Shown here: piece by piece, positions 16,505 to 28,058 of the stretch
Layout: every line of letters begins with the position of its first letter
Numbering within the stretch: position 1 is the stretch's first letter
From: an uncultured Nitrospiraceae bacterium
Lineage (GTDB): Bacteria; Nitrospirota; Thermodesulfovibrionia; Thermodesulfovibrionales; SM23-35
Assembly: GCA_937138415.1 (NCBI GenBank)
Contig: CAKZPA010000033.1
Coordinates: 124,511-188,510, forward strand
DNA length: 64,000 bases
Direction of reading: 5' to 3'
Notes under the pieces: model-generated
What the model was told of the DNA's origin: nothing
Database searches by the model: none
Seen by the model: only the letters and a program-made list of their open reading frames with translations
Program-made: the position numbers and the translations under genes

Positions 16505-16771
16505 ATGTCCCCCGTCGAAAGCGTGATCGAAGTCGATGGTCCTTTTCTCAACGTCTCGACACCGGACATCCGGCAGTTCTGTGACTATCCATCCTGCCAG
16601 TGCGAGCAACTCTTTCGGTACGATGGGATACGTCTTCCCATCAGCATCGGGAAAAAAGCAGACTACCTCCTCACGTACATCTGCCGCGCGTGCGGAGTAT
16701 CGCGCAGAGCGATAAAAGTGCATATCGAAACGCACAGCCTCTTGGGCATTCAGAAAGCGATGAAGTACTGA
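16505..16771 (+). CDS. Hypothetical Cys-containing protein (88 aa from MSPVES); strand uncertain
   Basis: CDYPSCQC...CRAC. I counted GC3 of 60/88 versus GC1 of 46/88 in this frame, which favours plus over the antisense ORF 16487..16735. No SD. Confidence 0.35.
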   Translation: MSPVESVIEVDGPFLNVSTPDIRQFCDYPSCQCEQLFRYDGIRLPISIGKKADYLLTYICRACGVSRRAIKVHIETHSLLGIQKAMKY

Positions 16772-16858
16772 CCACGATCCGCCCCTCCAATGGAATACCT
16801 ACTCGTAAGCAAATACACCGCATCTTTGGTCTCCGAACTATTTCAAGATGTGTGTCCG

Positions 16859-16889
16859 GATGCCGGAGAAACACCCTGACGACACCTTG
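16859..16889 (-). promoter_or_regulatory. 31-nt conserved motif, copy C
   Basis: Plus strand GATGCCGGAGAAACACCCTGACGACACCTTG. A second block shared with copy A, TCCGAACTATTTCAAG (16832-16847), corresponds to TCCGACCTATTTCTAA (7755-7770). Confidence 0.4.
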
Positions 16890-16958
16890 TCTCTCCACGG
16901 TTTTTACAAGGTATTCACCCGTGTCCCCTCTCTTATCAGGGACGAGAATGACATCGAC

Positions 16959-17852
16959 TTAATGATCCACGCGTTTCCACCGCCGGTGTATCCAGAGCCA
17001 CTCATCAGGATGGCGACGAATATACTCTTCAATGAAAGATGAAAATCGCTCGGTGTCCTCCCTCACGGCCTGTTCCGTGTCCCCCTTGTCGCTCAGTTTC
17101 ACTGCAGGGAAGATCGTTATCCGATGGCTATCTCCTTCCCTGTGGATGAAGGCGGGGAGAACCGCCGCCTCTGTCTTCCGCGCAATGAGAGCAGGCATCT
17201 TCGTCGTCCAGGCACCCCTGCCGAGGAAATCGATCACGTACCCTTCCTCGGGGATAACCGCCTGATCCATGAGTATGCCGATACAGGCATTCCGCTTGAG
17301 CTCCTGCAAGGCCCGTTTGAGGGCGCCTTTCTTGTAGATCACCGTATTGCCATATTTCCGCCGCACGCGTTCGACGAAACCATTCACGAAGGAATTATCG
17401 ATTCGACGCGCGATGACCGCGAGCGGCGACAGTTTGATCGAAGCGGCAATGGCGAGCAGTTCCCAATTGCCGCAGTGTCCCGTGATGAAAATGACCCCTT
17501 TCCCTCTCCTGCGAGCCTCGGCGAAGTGCTCGTATCCGTCGATGCGCACGGCATCGACGGCGTTCCGGCCGTGTCCGTAGTAAATCTTCACGACCTCGGC
17601 GGCCGATCTGCCGAGATTCCTGAACGCGTCTCTGATGATTGACTCGACCGGTCGATCGACGTGAAGCGAGCCGTTCGCAACTGCCCTCGCGAGGTTTTCG
17701 ATGGCGATTCGGCGTCTGCTCTTCCACAGATAGAAAAGGAGAAGGCCGAGAATTGCCCCGGCCTTCACCGACCAACCAAATGGCAAGATTGCGAGCGGAA
17801 CGGACAGAATGACCGCCAGTCCCGTCTCAACCAGCCATATCGCTCTTTTCAT
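16959..17852 (-). CDS. Lipid A biosynthesis (LpxL/HtrB-type) lysophospholipid acyltransferase family protein
   Basis: N-terminal TM helix, the HCGNWE (Hx4E) acyltransferase motif, and a C-terminal PDEWLWIHRRWK signature. The start is set at MKRAIW. The track ORF's K/R-only extension to 17933 is discounted. Confidence 0.8.
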   Translation of the reverse strand: MKRAIWLVETGLAVILSVPLAILPFGWSVKAGAILGLLLFYLWKSRRRIAIENLARAVANGSLHVDRPVESIIRDAFRNLGRSAAEVVKIYYGHGRNAVDAVRIDGYEHFAEARRRGKGVIFITGHCGNWELLAIAASIKLSPLAVIARRIDNSFVNGFVERVRRKYGNTVIYKKGALKRALQELKRNACIGILMDQAVIPEEGYVIDFLGRGAWTTKMPALIARKTEAAVLPAFIHREGDSHRITIFPAVKLSDKGDTEQAVREDTERFSSFIEEYIRRHPDEWLWIHRRWKRVDH

Positions 17853-20289
17853 TCTCTTTTCTCTTTTCCTTCCCCTCTTCTTCTTTTTCCTCTTCTTTTT
17901 CCTTCTCTTTTTTCTTTTCCATAGACTCCGCAATTTCCGTAAGCCTCTTCACCACGAGATAATTCAGAGTGCCTTCCGGGTACGTGCCGTCTTCCGCAGC
18001 CTGCCCCACACTCATGCCGGTGAGGATTTCCAGTCCTTCATCCACGGTACGGATAGGGTATATCGAAAACTTTCCCTCCCGTACCGCAGCAACGACGTCT
18101 TTCCTGAGCATGAGATTCTTCACGTTCCGGTAAGGGATGATGACGCCCTGGCTCCCGTCCAATCCCGTCATGCGGCACAGGTCGAAAAAACCCTCGATCT
18201 TCTCGTTGATGCCGCCCACCGGCTGTACCTCGCCGTTCTGATCCATCGAACCGGTCACCGCGATATTCTGTTTCAAAGTAAATCTCCCGATACTGCTTAA
18301 AAGCGCATAGAGTTCGGCACACGAGGCGCTGTCGCCCTCCACCATATCATAAAGCTGCTCGAATGTAATGGACGCCGCGAGGCTGATCGGTTTCCTCGTG
18401 GCATAACGGCTGCCGAGATAATTCGAGATGATGAGGATGGCTTTATCGTGAATTCTGCCGCTCATCTTCGTCTCGCGCTCGATATTGACCACGCCCGCTT
18501 TCCCGACGTAGGTTCTTGCCGTTATCCTCGACGGTTTCCCGAAACGGTAATCGCCGAGGTCAAGAATCGCCAAACCGTTGATCTGGCCAATCTTCTCGCC
18601 TGTCGTGTCGACGATAATCGTTCCTTCGAGAATCAATTCCCTCAGTCGTTCCTCGATCCTGTTCGTCCTGAAGACACGTTCGTCGATCGCTTTTTGTACG
18701 TGCTCCCCTGTGACGACGGCGCTGTCCTCCTTCGATGCCCAGTAGCTTGCCTCCCTGAGGACGTCCGCGATATCGCTGAATCTCGCCGAAAGTTTCTGCT
18801 GATGTTCCGCGAGACGCGAGCTGAACTCTATGACCGTCGCGGCACCCGATCGGTCGAGTGGCAGCAGTCGCTCCTCCCTGCAGAGATTCGCAATGAAAGA
18901 CGCATACTTGTCGATATTCTCCTGATTTCTCGGCATCCTGCTGTCGAAGTCCGCCTTCACCTTGAACAACTCCCTGTAATCCTCGTCGAGGTTGTAGAGA
19001 AGATAGTACAGATACGGATCGCCGACGAGGATGACCTTGATATCGAGGGGGATCGCCTCCGGCTTGAGCGTCGTCGTCGAGATGAGGCGGTACTGCTCCC
19101 ATACGTCCTCGATTTTCACCTCACGGTTACGGATCGCGCGCTTCAGCGCATCGTACGCGAAGATATTGCGCAGGAGGTCGAGCGCATTGATGACGAGATA
19201 CCCTCCGTTCGCCCTGTGGAGGGACCCGGCCTTTATCATCGAAAAATCGGTCAACGCGAGGCCGTACTGGATCTTGTGCTCGATCCTCCCGAAAAGGTTG
19301 TAGTATGTTGGATTGCTCTCGAATACGCAAGGCGCCCCCTTGCAATCCTTGTTGTTGACGAGCACATTGACCGCATAGCGCGTAAACGTCGGCTCGGCCT
19401 TCGGCGGCTTCATAAAGGGCAAGGGCTGGGGCTGTTCCTCCTGCGTCTTGAAATCCTCGAGATGCTCGAGGATGTCCTCCTTCACAGCATCGAGATATGT
19501 GACGATCTTCTCATGTTCCCCGTATGTGCTTTTCAGTTCATCGACGAGGTGACCGACGGCGGAGAGTGCCGCCTCCTTTTCGAGCTTCCCGATCAGCTCT
19601 TTCACGAGTTTGTCGCTCTCACGCACCATGCGCACGACGTCATTGAGTTTTTCCTGGAGATTCTTCCCGATCTCGTCGATCCGTCTCCTCGTCTTCTCGT
19701 CAAGGAGTTCGTATTCTTCTTCAGTCAGCGGCTCGCCGGTTTTTTTCACCGGGACAATGACGAGGCCGCTCACGGTTTTGCGCACCAGGAACCCTTTCCC
19801 CTGAGCCTCTTCCTCGAGACTCGCGAATATTTCCTTCTGCTTTCTCTGCGCCTCCTCGATGATGGATGTCCTTTGCCGTTCGTATTCCTTTGATTCGAAG
19901 ACCTTCGGAATTTCGACCCTCAGTACCTTAATGAACTCCTCCATATCCTTCTGGAAGATCACCGCCCTTCCGGGGGGCAGAGAAATGGCGACCGCCGCGT
20001 CGGGCTCTTTGAAGTTGTAAACATAGCACCAATCGTCGGGAACCGGTTCCTTCAACGCCCTTTCGCTAAGAAAAGAACGCACGGTGGTCATTTTCCCGGT
20101 GCCATGCTCACCGAGGATAAAAATATTGAACCCCGAGCTCTCGAGGCTCAGGCCGAAATCGAGTGAACGCAGTGCCCGCTCCTGCCCTATCGTCTCCTTG
20201 CGCACCGGCACGTCATCGGTGGTAGCAAATGAGAATACCGAAGGGTCACAAAATCCGTACAGCTGCTCAGGTCGCAGTTTTTCCGGCAT
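17827..20289 (-). CDS. Lon-like ATP-dependent protease with a long helical insertion in the AAA+ module (LonC / AAA_32-type)
   Basis: Walker A GEHGTGKMT. A long charged helical stretch occupies residues about 150-300. The Lon proteolytic domain carries GDSASCA (Ser) and GGINEKIEG (Lys). The start is set at MPEKLRPEQ after GGAGG. There is a KE-rich C-terminal tail. Confidence 0.85.
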   Translation of the reverse strand: MPEKLRPEQLYGFCDPSVFSFATTDDVPVRKETIGQERALRSLDFGLSLESSGFNIFILGEHGTGKMTTVRSFLSERALKEPVPDDWCYVYNFKEPDAAVAISLPPGRAVIFQKDMEEFIKVLRVEIPKVFESKEYERQRTSIIEEAQRKQKEIFASLEEEAQGKGFLVRKTVSGLVIVPVKKTGEPLTEEEYELLDEKTRRRIDEIGKNLQEKLNDVVRMVRESDKLVKELIGKLEKEAALSAVGHLVDELKSTYGEHEKIVTYLDAVKEDILEHLEDFKTQEEQPQPLPFMKPPKAEPTFTRYAVNVLVNNKDCKGAPCVFESNPTYYNLFGRIEHKIQYGLALTDFSMIKAGSLHRANGGYLVINALDLLRNIFAYDALKRAIRNREVKIEDVWEQYRLISTTTLKPEAIPLDIKVILVGDPYLYYLLYNLDEDYRELFKVKADFDSRMPRNQENIDKYASFIANLCREERLLPLDRSGAATVIEFSSRLAEHQQKLSARFSDIADVLREASYWASKEDSAVVTGEHVQKAIDERVFRTNRIEERLRELILEGTIIVDTTGEKIGQINGLAILDLGDYRFGKPSRITARTYVGKAGVVNIERETKMSGRIHDKAILIISNYLGSRYATRKPISLAASITFEQLYDMVEGDSASCAELYALLSSIGRFTLKQNIAVTGSMDQNGEVQPVGGINEKIEGFFDLCRMTGLDGSQGVIIPYRNVKNLMLRKDVVAAVREGKFSIYPIRTVDEGLEILTGMSVGQAAEDGTYPEGTLNYLVVKRLTEIAESMEKKKEKEKEEEKEEEGKEKRKENEKSDMAG
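17852..17920. repeat. 69-nt uninterrupted homopyrimidine (plus-strand) tract
   Basis: Read directly: only C and T from 17852 to 17920. On the minus strand it encodes the KE-rich tail of the Lon-like gene and lies immediately 5' of the acyltransferase ATG. Confidence 0.95.
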
Positions 20290-20487
20290 AAAAAACCTCC
20301 GTATAGAATTTGAGGAAGATACCACAGTTTACACGTTCTGCGCACGGGATGCAACCGAAGGGCTCGCCTTGAGGAGAGTTAGTCCCGCCATTATTCAGCG
20401 ATTGCGACAGGCGGGATTCGTACTGCGGATGGCCCAGCGCAAGCCGCGCCAATTTCACGCGCGTGTCCAGCCCGCTGCCTCGTTCCT

Positions 20488-21396
20488 TCACGCCCGCGGG
20501 TGATGTTTCGAGTAGACCTGCTTCAAACGATCCGGTGTTACCTTCGTGTAAATCTGCGTCGTCGATATGTCCGCGTGACCGAGGAGCTTCTGCAGCGAAC
20601 GGAGGTCGGCACCCCGTTCGAGGAGATGGGTAGCGAAGCTGTGGCGCATTATATGGGGAGAGATGTCGAGGCCGATCCTCTTGCCGAGGGATTTCATCGT
20701 CTTCCAAAAACACTGTCGCGTCATCGGACCCCCACGACGCGTAACGAAAAGGTATGTCGATCGTCTTTTCGAAAGGATCTCTGGCCTTTCGTTTTCGACG
20801 TACCGTTTCAGTTTCTCGAGTGCCCGCGCGTGGAGCGGAACAATGCGTTCCTTCGATCCCTTGCCGGTTACCCTCAAGAAGCCGGCATCGAAACTGATGT
20901 CCTCCACCTTGAGCGATATGAGTTCACTGACCCGCAGGCCGGAAGAATAGAGGAGTTCGAACATCGCCGAATCCCGCCGCGTCAGAGGTCCGCCCTTGTC
21001 GTTCCGTTCACCCGCCTCGAGGAACGCTGTCACCTGTTCGAGGCTGATCGCCTTCGGCAATCTCTCCCATCTCCGCGGCGATTCGAGATTCTCCATGGGA
21101 TCCTCCGCCATACCATGTTCGAGAATTAGATACCGGCAGAACCCCCTGAGGGTCGAGAGAAAGCGGCAGACACTCGCAGCAGAATACGAGCCATCTCGCA
21201 GAGTCTGTACGAAATCAAGCACGTCGTTCCTCGTAAAAACCGGCAGGTCTTTTTCCCTTTGGAGGAGGAACCACTGAAATTTTCGCAAATCCAGGGAGTA
21301 GGAGAGGGCGGTATTCTTCGACAATCCCCTCTCGGCAGTAAGGTAGGAAATGAACCGTTGAATGATCCCTGAGCCGTCACTCGTGTTAGATTCCAT
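20488..21396 (-). CDS. xerD: Site-specific tyrosine recombinase XerD
   Basis: RHSFATHLLERGADLRSLQKLLGHADISTTQIYTKV, with the end ...YSKHHPRA typical of XerD. GKGSKERIVPL is also present. Confidence 0.88.
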   Translation of the reverse strand: MESNTSDGSGIIQRFISYLTAERGLSKNTALSYSLDLRKFQWFLLQREKDLPVFTRNDVLDFVQTLRDGSYSAASVCRFLSTLRGFCRYLILEHGMAEDPMENLESPRRWERLPKAISLEQVTAFLEAGERNDKGGPLTRRDSAMFELLYSSGLRVSELISLKVEDISFDAGFLRVTGKGSKERIVPLHARALEKLKRYVENERPEILSKRRSTYLFVTRRGGPMTRQCFWKTMKSLGKRIGLDISPHIMRHSFATHLLERGADLRSLQKLLGHADISTTQIYTKVTPDRLKQVYSKHHPRA

Positions 21397-22111
21397 AAAT
21401 CCTCGTCATCTCCTCAGTATAGGAGCCGTCCTCCCGGTAGATAAACAGAGGCTTTTCGACCTTCAGTCCTCCCCTCGCTCCCCGCACGGCTTCGACGAGT
21501 AGCATCTTGGCCTCCGTGCGTGGGGTCGAGTGCACGAACCGCATTCTTTTCAGTTCGAGACCCGCTCTCTGCATCTCCCCGGTCAATTCCGGAAGCCTGC
21601 CCGGGAGGTGAATCATGGCAAGCCGCCCTCCATTTTTGAGCAAAGTCGAGGCCGCCGTAACGCATTGGTGCAACTGAAGGGTGATCTCATGCCGCGCGAT
21701 GGCCTTCTGCTCCCCGATGCTCAGAAGCCCGCTCTTCACACGCCGGAACGGGGGGTTCGAGACCACGAGATCATAGTGGTGGAAGGGGACGCCGAGCAGA
21801 GACACGTTTCTGAGATCGCCTTCGATCACGCGGACCCGCCCATCGAGCCTGTTCAGCAGAATGTTTCTCCCCGCGAGACGAGCGAGACTCCCCTGGATCT
21901 CGAACAGATCCACGCAGGCATAGGGGTACTTTTGGGCAAGGAGGATGCCGACGATCCCGCAACCGGCACCTAGGTCGGCTATTTTTTCGGCTTTTCGGAG
22001 GTGAACGAAATCGAAAAGCAGCAGGGAATCCACCGAAAAACGGTAGCCATGCTTCGGCTGGTAAACCCGAACGGTTCGAATGCTGTCGAGTGTGACCTCC
22101 ATGAACCGCAA
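21386..22111 (-). CDS. SAM-dependent N6-adenine methyltransferase, tRNA1(Val) m6A37 TrmN6/YfiC-like
   Basis: GYRFSVDSLLL, SAM motif DLGAGCGIVG and the NPPF catalytic motif. Overlaps xerD by 11 nt. Confidence 0.75.
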   Translation of the reverse strand: MRFMEVTLDSIRTVRVYQPKHGYRFSVDSLLLFDFVHLRKAEKIADLGAGCGIVGILLAQKYPYACVDLFEIQGSLARLAGRNILLNRLDGRVRVIEGDLRNVSLLGVPFHHYDLVVSNPPFRRVKSGLLSIGEQKAIARHEITLQLHQCVTAASTLLKNGGRLAMIHLPGRLPELTGEMQRAGLELKRMRFVHSTPRTEAKMLLVEAVRGARGGLKVEKPLFIYREDGSYTEEMTRIYGI

Positions 22112-22132
22112 TCCGCCACTCAGAATGCGCGG

Positions 22133-23602
22133 CTACCCGAAATCTATCAATCCTCTCTCGCGCAGGATCGACAGCAATATCTCGACGATCGCCGGGTCGA
22201 ACTGCCTACCCGAAAAATCCCTGAGTTCCTGCAACACTTTGTCCATGGGCAAAGCCTTCCGATAAGGCCTGTTCGTCGTCATCGCGTCGAACGCATCCGC
22301 AACCGCGATAATCCGTGCACCGAGCGGGATGTCCTTCCCTTTCAAGCCGTCGGGGTATCCCGAGCCGTCAAAGTATTCATGGTGATGAAGAATTATTTCC
22401 CGAGCTTCTCTCAGGGGCTCGATGGCTTCGAGCATCTTCGCCCCGCGGGCCGGATGGTTCCTGATGACCGCCATCTCCTCAGCCGTCAACTTTCCCGGCT
22501 TTTTGAGGATGTCATCGGGAACGCTGATCTTTCCCAGGTCATGGAGGAGCGCGGCCATACGGATATGTTCGACCTCCGCATCCGGTAGCCCGAGCCTGCG
22601 CGCGATCTCGACCGCAAACTCCGAGATATCCTTCATGTGTTTGTCGGTATAGAAGTCCTTCGATTCCGCGATGCCCGAAAGAGTGACGATCGTCGAAAGG
22701 TACGATTGCTGAAGTTTTTCGTAGAGGCGGGCGTTCTCGATAGCCACGGCAGCCTGACCGCTCAGAACCGAGACCAGCTCGAGGTCGGAAAGCGAGAAAG
22801 GGCGCTCCGAGGCGGATCTGGAGAGGCCGATGACGCCGATGTGACTCCCGCGCACAGAGAGGGGGGTATAAATGTTCGAAAAGCCGCGCACGCCGGGTAT
22901 CTCTTCGAACCCGGCGGGAACCTCCGCTCCCGGGACAACGAGCACGGGCTTCTTTTCGTTCCGAAGGAGACTCATCAACGTGTGGACGTGCTTCTCTTTG
23001 AAATCGTGGATGAACTCCAGCGGGAACCCGTGATGCGTCTCCATAGTAATCGAACCGGCCTGCTCGTCGTAAAGGAAGAGAAAGGCCCGGTCCGCACGCG
23101 TTTCCCTCACTACGACACCCGTGATCAAACCGAGGAGCCTCTTCGTGTCGGTCTCGCTGATGATCTCCTTGTTCACCTCGAAGAGTGGCATGAGAGCGCG
23201 CATCCGGATGTTCTCGTTCAATAAAAGGGTCTTTTCGAGGGCGTCCGCTACCGCGGTTCTGAGTTCGTCTATGGTGAACGGTTTCAGAAGAAAACCCTGC
23301 GCGCCCATTTTGAGCGCCTTAATCGCCACTTCGAGGGTACCGTGGCCGGTGATGATAATGATCGGGATTTCCTTGTTCCACTCCCGAACGTGCTGAATCA
23401 GTTCCAGCCCGGTGATATCCGGCATTCTGATATCGGTCATCATGAGAGAAAATTTCTCGCGCCGCAGCAGACTGAGACCTTTATACCCGTCAGGAGTGAT
23501 CGTGACATCGAATCCCATCTTGGTCAGGACCTCGCGCACGATGTCGAGAATAAACTCTTCGTCGTCGATGACCAATATTTTTTCGCGCTCCATCTCACGC
23601 AT
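22133..23602 (-). CDS. Response regulator receiver - GAF - HD-GYP phosphodiesterase
   Basis: REC (KILVIDDEE...MMTDIRMP), a central GAF-like region, then HDLGK ... HHEYFDGSGYP. The start is uncertain: ATG at 23602 or 23593. The track ORF runs to 23725. Confidence 0.88.
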   Translation of the reverse strand: MREMEREKILVIDDEEFILDIVREVLTKMGFDVTITPDGYKGLSLLRREKFSLMMTDIRMPDITGLELIQHVREWNKEIPIIIITGHGTLEVAIKALKMGAQGFLLKPFTIDELRTAVADALEKTLLLNENIRMRALMPLFEVNKEIISETDTKRLLGLITGVVVRETRADRAFLFLYDEQAGSITMETHHGFPLEFIHDFKEKHVHTLMSLLRNEKKPVLVVPGAEVPAGFEEIPGVRGFSNIYTPLSVRGSHIGVIGLSRSASERPFSLSDLELVSVLSGQAAVAIENARLYEKLQQSYLSTIVTLSGIAESKDFYTDKHMKDISEFAVEIARRLGLPDAEVEHIRMAALLHDLGKISVPDDILKKPGKLTAEEMAVIRNHPARGAKMLEAIEPLREAREIILHHHEYFDGSGYPDGLKGKDIPLGARIIAVADAFDAMTTNRPYRKALPMDKVLQELRDFSGRQFDPAIVEILLSILRERGLIDFG

Positions 23603-23677
23603 CCATTTCCAACGTATTACTTTGACACATTTTTTCTCCCGGGGGCAAATGCACGAAAAGCGACGCCCCCGCAGAGC

Positions 23678-23711
23678 AAAAAAAAGAGGCCATGCGTTCC
23701 GCATGGCCTCT
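23678..23711 (-). terminator. Rho-independent terminator of the atp operon
   Basis: The minus strand reads AGAGGCCAUGCG-GAA-CGCAUGGCCUCU (12-bp perfect stem) followed by UUUUUUU. It lies 23 nt after the atpC stop. Confidence 0.85.
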
Positions 23712-23733
23712 TTGTGCCGAAGCAATCACATCT

Positions 23734-24144
23734 CTATCTGAATTTCTCTGCGATCTGTATCCGTGTGACGGCACGCTCGAGAGACGCGGTCGCGCGGGCG
23801 AAATCGAACTCCTCCATCTTTCTGAGCCGCTCTTCCGCTCTCTTCATCGCCGCCTTTGCCCGCTCAACGTCGATATCCTCGGACTTCTCGGCACTGTCAG
23901 CCAACACGGTAACCCGTTCAGGACCAACCTCCGCATATCCCCAGTTGACGAATACGTACTTCGTCGTCGTGCCCTTCTTGTACGAGAGCATCCCGATCTT
24001 CAGCGTCGTGAAGAACGGCACGTGACCAGGCAATACCCCGAACTCGCCTTCGCTGCCGGAGCACGTCACCTCGTCCACATTCTCACTCAGGATGAGACCG
24101 TATGGGGTTACGACTTCGAGTTTCAATTTGCCTTCTTTTTCCAT
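23734..24144 (-). CDS. atpC: F1 ATP synthase epsilon subunit
   Basis: 136 aa. KLEVVTP...FGVLPGH... is a typical epsilon sequence. Last gene of the atp cluster. Confidence 0.92.
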   Translation of the reverse strand: MEKEGKLKLEVVTPYGLILSENVDEVTCSGSEGEFGVLPGHVPFFTTLKIGMLSYKKGTTTKYVFVNWGYAEVGPERVTVLADSAEKSEDIDVERAKAAMKRAEERLRKMEEFDFARATASLERAVTRIQIAEKFR

Positions 24145-24174
24145 AATTCTCCCGCCTTACGATGAGCTTTTCGC

Positions 24175-25608
<1,434 letters not shown>

Positions 25609-25641
25609 TCACTCTATGAATATTTTCCAATCCTGTATTCC

Positions 25642-26520
25642 CTACTCTTTGAGGGCCTCGACACCACCGACGATGTCCATGAGGTCCTTCGTGATACTCG
25701 CCTGCCGTACCTTATTGGCGAGGAGCGTCACTTTCTTGATGAGCTCCGAGCAGTTCTTCGTCGCGTTCTCCATGGCGGTCATTCTCGACGCTTCTTCCGC
25801 CGCGGACGATTCGAGGAGCGCGCGATAGATCTGGATCTCGACGTACTTCGGCAGGAGCCGCTCGAAAATCACCGCCCGCGAAGGCTCGTACAGGAAATCC
25901 GCTGTCAGCGCCGGTTCGCGCTCTCCGCCTTCGTCTTCGATCGATCCAAGCGGGAGGAGCTTCAGAGATGTCACCTTCTGGGATATGAGCGACTTGAACT
26001 CGTTATAGATGATGACGACCTCGTCGAATGTCTCGTTCACATAGTTCTCTATGATGTCTTTCGCGATCTCCTGAGCATGGGTATACGTGATTCTTCCTGA
26101 AAGGCCGATCCACTGCTTCCTCATCGGGACATTTCGCCTCCGGAAATAATCTCTCGCCTTTCTCCCGACCACGTTATAGCTCACCTCGATGCCGTCTTTC
26201 TTGAGGGTGCTGATGTAATTCGATGCCATCCTCAAAATATTCGTGTTGAACGCGCCGCACAGACCCTTATCCGACGTGACGACCAAAACCTCGACGGTTT
26301 TTCTCGGTCTCAGGAAGAGGAGCGGATGCGACTCTCTTTCGGATACTTTTGCAAGGTCGGAGAGTACCATCTGCATACGGGAGGCGTAGGGCCTGAAATT
26401 CAACATCCGGTCCTGCACCTTCCTCAGTTTGGCCGCCGCCACCATCTTCATTGCGGCGGTAATCTTCTTGGTGCTCTGTATTGCCTTGAGTCTCTTTCTT
26501 ATATCCCGTAACGTTGGCAT
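25642..26520 (-). CDS. atpG: F1 ATP synthase gamma subunit
   Basis: MPTLRDIRKRLKAIQSTKKITAAMKMVAAAKL is a canonical gamma N-terminus. Confidence 0.95.
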   Translation of the reverse strand: MPTLRDIRKRLKAIQSTKKITAAMKMVAAAKLRKVQDRMLNFRPYASRMQMVLSDLAKVSERESHPLLFLRPRKTVEVLVVTSDKGLCGAFNTNILRMASNYISTLKKDGIEVSYNVVGRKARDYFRRRNVPMRKQWIGLSGRITYTHAQEIAKDIIENYVNETFDEVVIIYNEFKSLISQKVTSLKLLPLGSIEDEGGEREPALTADFLYEPSRAVIFERLLPKYVEIQIYRALLESSAAEEASRMTAMENATKNCSELIKKVTLLANKVRQASITKDLMDIVGGVEALKE

Positions 26521-26542
26521 GTCGTTCTCCTATCTGCCTACG

Positions 26543-28054
26543 TTATGCGGAAAAGGTCTTCTTGAACGTGGTGATCGCCTCGGTTATCTTTGCCCTCAGA
26601 TCGTCGTCAAGTTCCTTCTTTTCCATGATCTCTTTCTTGATTGCCGGCCTCTCAGCCCGCACGAACCTGAGCAACCCTTCCTCGAACGCCCTCACGGCCT
26701 CCACCGGGATATCATCCATGAATCCCTGCGTTCCGGCAAAGATCCCGATAATCTGCTCGTCGACCGGCATGGGCACATACTGATCCTGTTTCAGGAGCTC
26801 GACCATTCTCTTTCCTCTTTCGATTTGTGCAAGGGTCGCTTTATCGAGATCCGAGGCAAACTGAGCGAATGCGGCGAGTTCCCTGTACTGAGCGAGATCG
26901 AGACGGAGCATACCGGCGACCTGCTTCATCGCCTTGATCTGGGCTGCGCCGCCGACGCGGCTCACGGAAAGACCGGCGTTCACCGCGGGACGTACACCGC
27001 CGTAGAAGAGTTCCGGCTCGAGATAGATCTGCCCGTCGGTAATCGAGATGACGTTCGTCGGAATATACCCGGACACGTCGCCAGCCTGTGTCTCGATGAC
27101 CGGGATCGCGGTCAATGATCCGCCGCCCATCTCGTCGCTCATCTTTGCCGCTCTCTCGAGAAGTCGCGAATGGAGATAAAAAACGTCACCCGGATACGCC
27201 TCGCGGGCCGGGGGACGTCTCAAAATCAGGGAGAGCTGCCGGTAGGCGTGGGCCTGTTTCGTGAGGTCGTCATACCCAATGAATGCGTGCTGGCCGTTAT
27301 CCCTGAAATACTCTCCCATCGTGCACCCGGTGTAGGGCGCGATATACTGCATGGGCGCCGGTTCACTCGCCGTCGCGACAACGACGATCGTGTGCTCCAT
27401 TGCACCCATATCTTCGAGTTTTTTCACGACGTTCACGACCGCCGGACGCCGTTGGCCGACGGCAACGTAGATACATGTAACGTCTCCGCCCTTCTGATTG
27501 ATGATGGTGTCGATGAGGATCGCCGTCTTTCCGATCTGGCGGTCGCCGATGCAGAGTTCACGCTGACCGCGTCCGATCGGTATCATCGAATCGATCGCTT
27601 TTAACCCCGTCTGGAGCGGTTCGTGAACGGGTCTCCTGCGGATGATGCCCGGTGCGATAACCTCGACACGTCGCGTCTCTTTTGCATTGATCGGGCCCTT
27701 GCCGTCGATCGGCTGACCGATCGCATTGACAACTCTCCCGCGGAGTTCGGGGCCGACCGGCACCTCCATAACCCTGCCGGTCCGCTTCACGATATCCCCT
27801 TCCTTAATGAGCTTGTCCTCGCCGAAGAGAACGGCACCGACCGCTTCCTCTTCGAGGTTGAGGGCCATGCCGTAAACGCCGTTCGGGAACTCGAGCATCT
27901 CTGACGCCATGCAGTTTTCGAGGCCGTAAACCCTTGCGACACCGTCGCCGATGTACGTGACGATACCGATCTCGCTCACGTCCACCTTTTTCTCGAAGTC
28001 CGTTATCTGCTTCCTTAACAGCTCACTGATTTCTTCTGTCTTGATCTCTGGCAT
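26543..28054 (-). CDS. atpA: F1 ATP synthase alpha subunit
   Basis: GDRQIGKTA Walker A. 503 aa. Confidence 0.97.
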   Translation of the reverse strand: MPEIKTEEISELLRKQITDFEKKVDVSEIGIVTYIGDGVARVYGLENCMASEMLEFPNGVYGMALNLEEEAVGAVLFGEDKLIKEGDIVKRTGRVMEVPVGPELRGRVVNAIGQPIDGKGPINAKETRRVEVIAPGIIRRRPVHEPLQTGLKAIDSMIPIGRGQRELCIGDRQIGKTAILIDTIINQKGGDVTCIYVAVGQRRPAVVNVVKKLEDMGAMEHTIVVVATASEPAPMQYIAPYTGCTMGEYFRDNGQHAFIGYDDLTKQAHAYRQLSLILRRPPAREAYPGDVFYLHSRLLERAAKMSDEMGGGSLTAIPVIETQAGDVSGYIPTNVISITDGQIYLEPELFYGGVRPAVNAGLSVSRVGGAAQIKAMKQVAGMLRLDLAQYRELAAFAQFASDLDKATLAQIERGKRMVELLKQDQYVPMPVDEQIIGIFAGTQGFMDDIPVEAVRAFEEGLLRFVRAERPAIKKEIMEKKELDDDLRAKITEAITTFKKTFSA

Positions 28055-28058
28055 AATT

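Noticed and set aside
16487-16735. 82-aa minus-strand ORF that would lie downstream of motif copy C and upstream of the cupin gene
   Set aside because: It shares triplet register with the plus ORF 16505..16771. My codon-position count gives GC3 of 60/88 for the plus frame against 46/88 for the minus frame, which favours plus. I kept it as an open alternative because a minus-strand gene would make better sense of motif C.
17853-17933. N-terminal extension MRSLWKRKKRRKKKRKKKKRGRKREKR on the acyltransferase ORF
   Set aside because: It is encoded entirely by the polypurine tract in a frame overlapping the Lon-like tail. The internal ATG at 17852 gives a normal TM-helix N-terminus.
18448-19893. 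481-aa plus-strand ORF inside the Lon-like gene. Similar long antisense ORFs are 25063..26100, 48405..49514, 57836..58945, 56878..57834, 41500..42477, 42578..43489, 30255..31256, 11984..13000 and 33062..33871.
   Set aside because: All lie opposite genes with unambiguous conserved motifs (Lon, AtpD/G, aminotransferase, ABC components, HEAT protein, AroC, BioF, FprA, LysA). They have biased R/L/D/H composition typical of GC-rich antisense frames.
20488-21396. Tyrosine recombinase as a marker of an integrated mobile element
   Set aside because: The sequence has XerD hallmarks throughout, including the HHPRA end. The flanking genes are housekeeping, and there are no flanking repeats or phage or transposon genes.
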